Assembly: GCA_965248445.1 (NCBI GenBank)
Contig: CBDFJG010000004.1
Location: forward strand, 1,216,001-1,280,000
From: Planctomycetota bacterium
GTDB lineage: Bacteria; Planctomycetota; JAJSAM01; JAJVHW01
Length of the DNA stretch: 64,000 bases
Reading direction: 5' to 3'
The position numbers and the translations under genes are program-made. Numbering within the stretch: the stretch's first letter is position 1; each line of letters starts with the position of its first letter. Under the pieces are notes generated by a model that was not told the DNA's origin, did no database searches, and worked only from the letters and a program-made list of their open reading frames with translations. Of the stretch, positions 9,610 through 17,742 are shown piece by piece.

Positions 9610-10034
9610 TGTTCCGCCCCCCCCCCGCCGGTGGACTCGACGGCCGCGTCGCTCGATACGAAGATCGTCCTGGTCATCATGTCGGATGCGGCGTCCAGCG
9701 GGTCGGCGAGACGCACACGGATCTGAAAGACCGGGGCGTCCGGGCTCGTGCCGATCTCGAGGACCTCGAAACGCGCGGTCGTCGTCTCTCCGCCAACGTG
9801 CGCGTCCCTCTCGACATCGGACCACGTCGTGGCGAGGTCCTCGAAGGGGGTGGCCCGGATCTCCTCGGTCAGCGACTGGACAGCCCGGGCGGCTTGGCGC
9901 TTGTTCGTGACCGTGGTGTTCAGGCGGACCGAAGCGAGGACGCTGGCCGCCACACCGAGGGTCGCCCCGGTGAGGATGGTCACGGTCATCGCCAGTTCGA
10001 CTAGCGAGAAGCCTGAGTTTCGATTTCTTCGCAC
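9606..10034 (-). CDS. Prepilin-type N-terminal cleavage/methylation domain protein
   Basis: 'RRNRNSG|FSLVEL' class III signal followed by a hydrophobic helix. Confidence 0.8.
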   Translation of the reverse strand: MRRNRNSGFSLVELAMTVTILTGATLGVAASVLASVRLNTTVTNKRQAARAVQSLTEEIRATPFEDLATTWSDVERDAHVGGETTTARFEVLEIGTSPDAPVFQIRVRLADPLDAASDMMTRTIFVSSDAAVESTGGGGAEQ

Positions 10035-10187
10035 GTGGCCGACCTCCGCGCGCACCATCTGCGGTGCAAAAGGACCCGTCGGGCACTGTGTCTTTAGGCG
10101 GCATCTGCCGTCGGTATAGGCCGCGCGGCCTGTTCTGCACCGCTCCGCCCCTCGCTCAGCCTGCACAGCCGCCGGCGCCCGGAGCCG

Positions 10188-10955
10188 CTACGCCGGAGTG
10201 TCGCGAATCGCGACAGCGCGCGCGGCGACTAAGTCCGTCTCCTGGGAGTTCATGATGACGGGCATCCTGAACTTCCAAGTGCTCCAGAGTTCCGCGGCTT
10301 CGATCAGCTCCGTCATGAAGTGCGCGACGTTCGCTCTCGTCGCGGGACGGCCGGAGAAGATGCCCGTAGTCGGGGATTCCACGATGTCGTAGGGAGAGAC
10401 GTCAGCGTCGCCCAACGAGTCTGGTCGGACACTGCACCACTCGATGTGCCGGTTCTCGGTCCCGACGCTCCGATACAGGTACTCAGCCGCCGTTTCATTG
10501 TCCCGGTGCGGAGGCACGGTGTAGCGCAGGAGCGTAAGGAGTCCCCGCTCGAACCAACTTCGCTTCTCGCCGAGACCGGGGTTCTTGACCCCGACCGTGT
10601 TCATGAGAATGAACTTGGTGGGTCTTGGCGCATCGTTCACTTCGATGGCGTCGCACAGACGTCGCGTTGCCTCTGTGCACAGTTGCCGCGGAGCTCCGAA
10701 TATCCCCTTGAAGCTCACGACGTGTCCCAGACACGAGACAACGGCATCGCACTCGCTCACTTGCTCCGCCATCTCCTCGTCGGTCAAGTCGAGCACACTT
10801 GCCACCGTGACCGTGATGTTCGGGCTCTCCAAGACCTCGGCGGGGAGCCTGTCTCTGGACCTGACAACCACGCGAACTCTGTAGTTCTTGCGCAGCAGTT
10901 GCTCGACCAGGGATCGCCCTGTCTTGCCCGTCGCTCCAACTACCAGCGTGATCAT
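10188..10955 (-). CDS. NAD(P)-binding oxidoreductase (atypical SDR, flavin reductase/BVR-B-like)
   Basis: 'LVVGATGKTG', 'DAVVSCLG', 'WCSVRPDSL', 'RANVAHFM'; GGAGG upstream of the ATG at 10955. Confidence 0.85.
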   Translation of the reverse strand: MITLVVGATGKTGRSLVEQLLRKNYRVRVVVRSRDRLPAEVLESPNITVTVASVLDLTDEEMAEQVSECDAVVSCLGHVVSFKGIFGAPRQLCTEATRRLCDAIEVNDAPRPTKFILMNTVGVKNPGLGEKRSWFERGLLTLLRYTVPPHRDNETAAEYLYRSVGTENRHIEWCSVRPDSLGDADVSPYDIVESPTTGIFSGRPATRANVAHFMTELIEAAELWSTWKFRMPVIMNSQETDLVAARAVAIRDTPA

Positions 10956-11096
10956 CCGTCGTGTCCTCCTTGCGCCCGTCCTCAACATTGCAGAGGGTAC
11001 GGTCAGCACGAATCGGCCGCTCCCAGGCGAAGGAGTGCCGCAAGACACGCGACCCACGCCTCGCCAACCGTCGCGCACGGGTGTCGCGGATCTGCA

Positions 11097-11322
11097 TGGG
11101 CGCGGCGACTGGATTCGAACCGAGCGAAGCGAGGACGCCGAGGTGCGCGACCGAGCAGTCACGCGCTGGTGACTCTCGAACGCCGCGCACCGAAGGACAA
11201 CCGGCGACCATCTGGCGCCCGGGGGCTCGATGCCCCCGGGCCCGGAGGGTCGCGAGGCTCGAATCCAGTCGCCCCGGTCGTGGCCACCTGGTGGGGCACG
11301 CCCGTTCCCCCTCGGGCTGCAA
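11097..11322 (-). repeat. tRNA-linked element: antisense arm, conserved core and duplicated tRNA-Pro 3' end
   Basis: Inverted tRNA-Pro 3' copy 11259-11276 (18 bp exact); direct degenerate copy 11097-11121 (23/25); motifs shared with the element at 48134-48335. Confidence 0.75.
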
Positions 11323-11368
11323 TGGTCGGGGCGACTGGATTCGAACCAGCGACCTCATCCACCCCAAG
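11320..11368 (-). repeat. Displaced 3' half of tRNA-Pro (att site direct repeat)
   Basis: 49 bp identical to 15568-15616; identity starts at the anticodon loop. Confidence 0.92.
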
Positions 11369-11699
11369 CTCAGGCTAGGCTTGCGGCCCGCTGCGAATGT
11401 AAGTCGTTGCGTCGCATTCGGATGCGACACGTTGCACCAGATTGTACTCCGCACGGGTAGTGCTACCCATCTCGGGTCAACCGCTCCGGTCGTCCGAACT
11501 GCACGAGCGCTCGTTCCCGTCGGAGGACCTGCCGAGGGTCGGACTCTGCAACGCGACCCCGCTTCACACACGGTGTCCCGCGCGATCCGGGCGCGGTGCG
11601 CTCACGATTGCGCACGGGCAATGCGCCCCGGGCTCTCGCTACTCTCCCTCTGGCCGCGCAGACCGCGCGGCGGGAGCGTGGGGGAGGAGTGATGCGGAT

Positions 11700-12791
11700 A
11701 GGGGCTCCCCCCTTCGCTCAGGTTGAGCGCCCGATCGGGTGACTAACATCGCACTTACAAGGAGGTGTGATGACCGGTGCCATGATCCCCTTTGCGCGCG
11801 ACGACTCGCTGCCGGGCACACTCGCCGAGTTTGTCGTGAGGTTCTCCGACGAAGATCGGTGTGCAGCCCTGCTGCGCCGGTGGAAGTACGGCGAGGGCGG
11901 CTTCCGCTGTCCAGCGTGCGGCGGCGAGGAGGCGTGGTTCCTGCCGTCACGCCGGCTCGACGAGTGTTGTGCCTGCCACAAGCAGGTTTCGCTCACCGCC
12001 GGCACCGTCATGCACGGGTCTCGCAAGCCGCTACGGCTGTGGTTCCTGGCCATGTATCTGTTCGTGTCGAGCAAGCGAGGCATCTCCGCACTCGAGCTGC
12101 AGCGCGAGCTTGGACTGGCCAAGTACCAGACCGCTTGGACATGGCTGCACAAGTTGCGAAACGCCATCGCGATGCGATCCACCGCGCCGCTGCGCGGACA
12201 CCTCGAGATCGACGAGACCTGGGAAGGCGGACTGCGACATGGCCGGCCGGGGCGTCCCAAGGTCGGCGACCGCAGCGCGCTGGTCATGGGAGCCGTCGAG
12301 ATCTCACCGCGTCACGCCCTCATCGGTCGCATCCGTCTCGAATCCATCGCCGATGGTTCGGCTGACACGGTCAAGGCGTTCCTCGAGCAGCACGTCGCCG
12401 CACGCTCAGTGCTGTTCACCGACGACTGGCGTAGCTATCGAAAGCCGGCTGACGACTTGGAGCACGACCATCGACCGACCAACGTGTCGAAGTCCGACGA
12501 CGAGGCACACGTTGTGCTACCTGCGATCCACCGCGTCTTCTCGCTGCTCCATCGCGTGCTCTTGGGCACGTTCCAGGGCGGCGTGCGACGCAAGTACCTC
12601 CCCAGCTACCTGGCGGAGTTCGAGTTCCGGTTCAACCGACGCACATCGAAGCGACGTGGACTGCTGTTCCAACGACTACTCGCCTGCGCCGTGCGGCGAT
12701 GCCCTCCCTTCCACTGGGAGATCGTTGGGCGAACCGATGCGCGCACGCCACTCGCCGCCGCAGCCTGACCTGAGTGAAGAGGGGATCCCCT
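11700..12791 (+). mobile_element. IS1595-family insertion sequence, 1092 bp
   Basis: 24-bp terminal inverted repeats (11700-11723 and 12768-12791, 3 mismatches); 8-bp target duplication ATGCGGAT at 11692-11699 and 12792-12799. Confidence 0.93.
11767..12768 (+). CDS. IS1595-family DDE transposase
   Basis: Zn ribbon CPAC/CCAC; 'SSKRGISALELQRELG'; 'EIDET', 'FTDDW.SY', 'YLAEFEFRFNRR'. Confidence 0.95.
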   Translation: MMTGAMIPFARDDSLPGTLAEFVVRFSDEDRCAALLRRWKYGEGGFRCPACGGEEAWFLPSRRLDECCACHKQVSLTAGTVMHGSRKPLRLWFLAMYLFVSSKRGISALELQRELGLAKYQTAWTWLHKLRNAIAMRSTAPLRGHLEIDETWEGGLRHGRPGRPKVGDRSALVMGAVEISPRHALIGRIRLESIADGSADTVKAFLEQHVAARSVLFTDDWRSYRKPADDLEHDHRPTNVSKSDDEAHVVLPAIHRVFSLLHRVLLGTFQGGVRRKYLPSYLAEFEFRFNRRTSKRRGLLFQRLLACAVRRCPPFHWEIVGRTDARTPLAAAA

Positions 12792-15329
12792 ATGCGGATT
12801 TCTCGGAAGAGTTCCTTCGTCGCGACGGCGGCGACCGTCCTCCTGTGCGCGAGCGTGGCCGGCGGCGTCGGCACAATCGTCACGACGTGCGCGGTCATCG
12901 ACGCGGGCACCGCCACCAACCAGGGCATCGTCACGATCGACGAGTGCGCCCCGCCGGCCACGCCCCCGCCAAAGCCCTCGCTGGGCGTCCTGACGACGCA
13001 GGGCGCGATCGATGGCCCGCTCCCGGCCAAACCGAGCACCGGTGACGGTTCGCTCGGCGCGGTGTCTCTCGCCAGCTCGCAGACGCTCCCGGGCGGCACG
13101 TACAACTACACCGACTTAGACATCACCGGCGGCGCGACGATCTCCTACTCCGGACCGGTGACGATCCTCGCCACCGGCTCGGTGAACGTCGCGGGCATCA
13201 TCGACATGAACGTCGCGGGCGACCTCGCCATCGTCGCCGGCGACGAGATCAAGATCCTCAGCATGGACGGAGCGCCGGTCACCGGCGTGTTCCACTTCTC
13301 GGTCGGAAACGTGCGGCTCGAGGCGGACCGCGTCGAGATCGGGGTGGAACTGGTCGCACCCGTCACAAGTGCCACTCCGAACGTCGCGGAGGTCCGCAGC
13401 AACCAAGGAGACACGGTCATCCGGTCGCACGGTTCCGACCCGGGCAACCACGCCATCGACATTGCGGACTCGTCCATCAACGTCGCGGACGGCGGCAACA
13501 TCCTGATGCAGTCCTCGACGCGCATCGACGTGTTCACGTCGCTGATCGACACGAGCTTCGGCTCGGTGACGGTCCAGGCGTTCGGTGACGACGTGCGGTA
13601 CTCCGGCTCCGAGAGCTACTCCCGGGACGGGGACACGATCGTCGAGTCCTCGAACGACGTCACGCTGCAGAACGCGACGATCGTCGAGGCCATCCACGGG
13701 GAACTGCGGATCGAGGCTTTCGACGGGGACGTCACCTTCGACGAGGCGGCGGCGTCGGCCGACGACGGCGTGGCGGTCGGGAACGGGAGCGGAACGGGCA
13801 GCATCATCGTCGCCGCCGCGGAGTTCGTGGACCTCAACAACGACTCGTTCATCACATCGGACGGCACGGGCGGTGTCCGCGTGACCGCCCACGGCGGCGA
13901 TGTCGTGCTCGAACGGAGCGGCTCCACGGGACAGTCGTACATCGAGTGCGTGCGGAGGGGCGACGTGCTGGTCGAGGCGTCCGAGAACGTGCGCCTCTAC
14001 GGATCCAGCTACTTGCGGACGCCACGGGACATCAGGGCGGTCGCCTTCGGCGGCGAGGTGCTGCTCCAGGGCCAGCCGTTCATCGACGGGAGCGAGGTCC
14101 TGGTGGGTGCGTCGAACGCGATCGTCGCCCAACAGGACGGTCCGCCGCCCTTGATTCGGGGAGCAGGGGTCGATCTCGTCGCGGGCTCCGGCGGGATCAA
14201 CCTGCAGGCGAGCGTCATGGCGGACGACGGCGACTTCGACCTCAGCATGATCTGCGACGGCGACATCTTCCTGGAGGGATCGGCGGAGGGCAGCGGCGGA
14301 GCCAGTGTCTCGCTGACTTCGGTGGACGGCGACATCCTGGTCATCGACGCGATGGTGACGACGCTCAGCGGAGTGGGGGCACGGTCCGGCAGCGTCCGGC
14401 TCAGGAGCTTCGGCGGCAGCGGGGCACTGATCGACGCGACCAACGCCACCATCACATCCGGCGACGCGTCGTTCAGCAGCGGCGACGTGTCGCTGCTGAT
14501 CCACGGAGGCGGGACGATCCAGTCGTTCGTGCTGCCCAAGACTGTCAAGGTCAAGATCAACGAGAACAGGCCGGAGAAGTCGAAGGTCAACGCAGCCGGT
14601 TTCTTCGACACGGGCCCGGCTCTCGCTTCGCTCGCAGGACCTGCCACCGTCAAGGTCGGCGACCTCGAGTACACCGCGAACCTCGAGCCCAGCAAGAACG
14701 GCAAGAGCTTTCTGTTCAAGTCGGGCGGTGCGCGGCTGCAGATCAAGCCGAACCGCTCCGGCAGTTCCCGCGCGAAGTTCAAGCTGACGATCACCGACGA
14801 CCTCATGGGCGACGTCCCCGACGAGGGCAACATCACGCTCGAGTTCGAGACGGCATCGGCCAACGGGATGGGCACCGTGGAACTCGAGCGCGGCAAGTAC
14901 AAGCTCGGCAAGCGCCGCGGCCTGCTCAGCGAACCGAACGTCTTCCCGTTCAAGGTGAAGCAAGTGCACAAGGGCGACGGCAAGGACGTGCTGTCGATCC
15001 TGGCGGGCCTCGCCACCGGGGGCGGCACGCCCGACAACGCACCGGACGTGACGATCTCGCTCGGCGGCGTCTTCCAGGCGACCGTCCCGGGTGACGAGTT
15101 CACGCGGAAGGGCGACGTCTATATCGCGAAGCACCCGCCGTCGGCACCCGGCGTCTCGAAGCTGCAGATCAACTTCCTGAGGGAGCAGGTCAGTCTGAAG
15201 GCCAAGGGACTGACGCTCGGAGCGCGGCCGGACGAGGGCCCGTACAACATCGAAGTCACCGTGGACAACGAGACCCGCGGCGTCGACATCCGCATGTCGC
15301 CCTCGAACGCCCGCACCATCAAGTACTGA
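12792..15329 (+). CDS. Large secreted/surface protein: acidic beta-solenoid-like region plus Lys-rich C-terminal domain
   Basis: Signal-peptide-like N-terminus; repeated 'GDV.(I/V).A..D(V/I).L' units; strong GC3 bias; original RBS GGAGGAG lies left of the IS. Confidence 0.8.
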   Translation: MRISRKSSFVATAATVLLCASVAGGVGTIVTTCAVIDAGTATNQGIVTIDECAPPATPPPKPSLGVLTTQGAIDGPLPAKPSTGDGSLGAVSLASSQTLPGGTYNYTDLDITGGATISYSGPVTILATGSVNVAGIIDMNVAGDLAIVAGDEIKILSMDGAPVTGVFHFSVGNVRLEADRVEIGVELVAPVTSATPNVAEVRSNQGDTVIRSHGSDPGNHAIDIADSSINVADGGNILMQSSTRIDVFTSLIDTSFGSVTVQAFGDDVRYSGSESYSRDGDTIVESSNDVTLQNATIVEAIHGELRIEAFDGDVTFDEAAASADDGVAVGNGSGTGSIIVAAAEFVDLNNDSFITSDGTGGVRVTAHGGDVVLERSGSTGQSYIECVRRGDVLVEASENVRLYGSSYLRTPRDIRAVAFGGEVLLQGQPFIDGSEVLVGASNAIVAQQDGPPPLIRGAGVDLVAGSGGINLQASVMADDGDFDLSMICDGDIFLEGSAEGSGGASVSLTSVDGDILVIDAMVTTLSGVGARSGSVRLRSFGGSGALIDATNATITSGDASFSSGDVSLLIHGGGTIQSFVLPKTVKVKINENRPEKSKVNAAGFFDTGPALASLAGPATVKVGDLEYTANLEPSKNGKSFLFKSGGARLQIKPNRSGSSRAKFKLTITDDLMGDVPDEGNITLEFETASANGMGTVELERGKYKLGKRRGLLSEPNVFPFKVKQVHKGDGKDVLSILAGLATGGGTPDNAPDVTISLGGVFQATVPGDEFTRKGDVYIAKHPPSAPGVSKLQINFLREQVSLKAKGLTLGARPDEGPYNIEVTVDNETRGVDIRMSPSNARTIKY

Positions 15330-15570
15330 CCGCGGGCGTCGAGGCCCTCGATCCGCACACGGGCAATCCGCCCGGGGCTCCCGCTGTCCTCCCACCGTGC
15401 CTCGCGGTCGGGCGCTGTGATGACCTTCGGTCGGAGGTGGAAGCCGACATCTGCGATCGTCACTCCGCTGTCGCGCTCGCCGAGAGCATGAGGTCGAGGC
15501 CTGGGCGAAGGAGTGCCTCGGTGACGTGCGTTCCGCGGAGACAGCGGGTAGCCGCCGTACGAGTTGTCAA

Positions 15571-15648
15571 TGGTCGGGGCGACTGGATTCGAACCAGCGA
15601 CCTCATCCACCCCAAGGATGCGCGCTATCCAGGCTGCGCCACGCCCCG
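15571..15648 (-). tRNA. tRNA-Pro (GGG)
   Basis: CGGGGCG/CGCCCCG acceptor stem, CATCC-TTGGGGT-GGATG anticodon arm, GGTTCGAATCC T arm, encoded CCA. Confidence 0.97.
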
Positions 15649-16033
15649 ACCGAGATCGCGCGGATCGACCCGACGATGTGCCGGGAGCCGGGTCCGCGCC
15701 CCCGTCCGCGGCGTCTCCGCCGAGTGATCGGCGGGCCCGGACAGGGATCTCCCGGGCGCGCGAAGGGGACGGGGAGAATAGCGCCGGTCCGACCCCCGCA
15801 AGCCAGAAAGAGCGCCGCCCGGCGGAGTGCCGGACCCCCCCGCCCCCGGGGGACTTCGAGGCCCCCGCCAAGACTGCTATCTTCTGCGGCTTCACGCGCG
15901 CGCGTGGGGTGAGCGACGGTGCCGCGCAGCGGCAGTCGAAGCCTCCGGTGGAGGGTTCGACAGGAGCGAACGCGAGGCAGCGGGCCACGGGCCGATGCCG
16001 AAGTGGCACGCGAGGCAGAGCGAGGTACCGACG

Positions 16034-16642
16034 ATGACGGTCGACGAAGCGGCTCCGGAGCAGATCGACGAGACCGCCGCCGACCCTGCAGGCGGCGCAG
16101 AGGACGTGCCGGCCGATCCCCGTGAGGACGGGCGCACGCGGTGCGCCTGGGTGCGCGGACATCCGGACCACTTCTTCTTCCACGACGCCGAGTGGGGACG
16201 GCTGCCGGACACCGACGGGCCGTGCTTCGAGCGCGTCCTGCTGACCTGTCTGAAGAGGGAGGCGCCGCTGGTGGACGCGCTCGATCGCCGGGCCGAGATC
16301 CACGAGGCACTGAACTCCTGGGACCCGGAAGCGCTCGCGGGAGCGAGCGACGAGATGCTCGACGGCCTCCGCGAGCGCGGCGGCCTGTTCGACGACGAGA
16401 CCGGCCTCCGCCGCCTGCGCGACGCCGCCAAGGCGTGCGTGGCCATCGCCGGTGAGTTCAAGGGCCTGCGAGGCTACTTCCTGGTGATGCCCGCCATGAC
16501 GGCGGAGCAGCAGCTCGACGATGTGGTCGAGCGGCTGCCCGGATTCACCAAGCTGGAGGCCGCTGACCTCATCCAGATGATGGGGTGCGTCGGCGGCTGC
16601 CTCGAGACGGACTCACACGACCGGGACTGCTGGATCGCCTAG
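16034..16642 (+). CDS. DNA-3-methyladenine glycosylase I (Tag)-like protein, divergent
   Basis: 'RCAW...FHDAEWG' and C-terminal 'H...C' zinc motif. Confidence 0.7.
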   Translation: MTVDEAAPEQIDETAADPAGGAEDVPADPREDGRTRCAWVRGHPDHFFFHDAEWGRLPDTDGPCFERVLLTCLKREAPLVDALDRRAEIHEALNSWDPEALAGASDEMLDGLRERGGLFDDETGLRRLRDAAKACVAIAGEFKGLRGYFLVMPAMTAEQQLDDVVERLPGFTKLEAADLIQMMGCVGGCLETDSHDRDCWIA

Positions 16643-16737
16643 GCTTCCCTTTCACAGTGGCGGCGGTTCTCCCGTCCCAAATCGACGAACTGGGCTGACG
16701 GGCACGCGCGCCCGCATTGGGACACGGAGACATCGAA

Positions 16738-17742
16738 GTGATCGACGCACGCGGCCTCTCCATGCACTACGGATCCGTCACGGCGCTCGACTCCGCGACG
16801 TTCCGCGCGGAGAAGGGCGAGGTGGTCGGGCTGCTCGGCCCCAACGGCGCGGGCAAGACGACCACGATGCGCATCCTGACCACCTACCAGGTGCCGAGCG
16901 CGGGCGGGGCGACGGTGGCGGGCTTCGACGTGATCGACGAACCACTCGAGGTGCGCCGGCGCATCGGATACCTGCCCGAGTCGCTGCCGCTCTACCTCGG
17001 GATGGAGGTGCGCGAGTGCCTGACGTTCGTGGGGCGCGCCCGCGGGCTGCGCGGACGCGAACTCAAGGAGCGCACGGAGTACGTGGTCGACAAGTGCGGA
17101 CTCAGCCGCATGTTCCACACGCCGGTGCTGGAGCTGTCCAAGGGCTACCGTCAGCGCACGGGCCTGGCCCAGGCGCTCGTGCATGCGCCGGACGTCGTCA
17201 TCCTGGATGAACCGACCAGCGGTCTGGACCCCCACCAGATCCTCGAGATCCGCCGGCTCATCCGCGAACTGGCCGACGACCACACTGTGCTCCTGTCGAC
17301 GCACATCCTGCAGGAAGCCAGCGCACTCGCGGACCGGCTGATCGTGCTCTCTCGCGGCCGCATCGTCGGCGAGGGAACCGTGGCAGAACTGCGCGACGCC
17401 GCCGGTGTGCGTCCGCGCTTGACGGTCACGTTGCATGGCGACGGCGCGTCCGGCGGGATGGGCGCCATCTCGACGATGCCCGCCGCAGGTTCGGTCACGC
17501 GTCTCGACGATTGCGATGTCCCCGGTCTCGCACGCTTCGAGGCGATCGAACGGGAGCCGTCGCTCTCTGCCGACGTGGCGAAGTGGGCTCGCGAGTCCGA
17601 CCTCATGGTGACCGAGCTCGCCCGCGAGCCGGGCACGCTCGAAGACGTCTTCCTGGCGCTCACGAGGCATGCGGAGGCAGAGATCGAGCAGGAGCCCACC
17701 GCAGAACCGGCGCCGGCCGGCGAAGAAGAGGCAGCGGCATGA
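16738..17742 (+). CDS. ABC transporter ATP-binding protein (GldA-like)
   Basis: GPNGAGKT, 'LSKGYRQR', 'ILDEPTSGLDP', 'STHIL'; start could be 16717. Confidence 0.93.
   Translation: MIDARGLSMHYGSVTALDSATFRAEKGEVVGLLGPNGAGKTTTMRILTTYQVPSAGGATVAGFDVIDEPLEVRRRIGYLPESLPLYLGMEVRECLTFVGRARGLRGRELKERTEYVVDKCGLSRMFHTPVLELSKGYRQRTGLAQALVHAPDVVILDEPTSGLDPHQILEIRRLIRELADDHTVLLSTHILQEASALADRLIVLSRGRIVGEGTVAELRDAAGVRPRLTVTLHGDGASGGMGAISTMPAAGSVTRLDDCDVPGLARFEAIEREPSLSADVAKWARESDLMVTELAREPGTLEDVFLALTRHAEAEIEQEPTAEPAPAGEEEAAA

Larger units (their letters stand above)
11320..15616. mobile_element. tRNA-Pro-integrated island remnant, about 4.2 kb, with no integrase
   Basis: Bounded by 49-bp direct repeats of the tRNA 3' half. 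Confidence 0.7.

Noticed and set aside
11097..11368. CRISPR array suggested by short repeats with spacers
   Set aside because: The repeats are tRNA fragments in mixed orientation with irregular spacing; no cas genes
11320..11368. Second functional tRNA-Pro
   Set aside because: Only the 3' half is present; the D arm and 5' acceptor strand are missing
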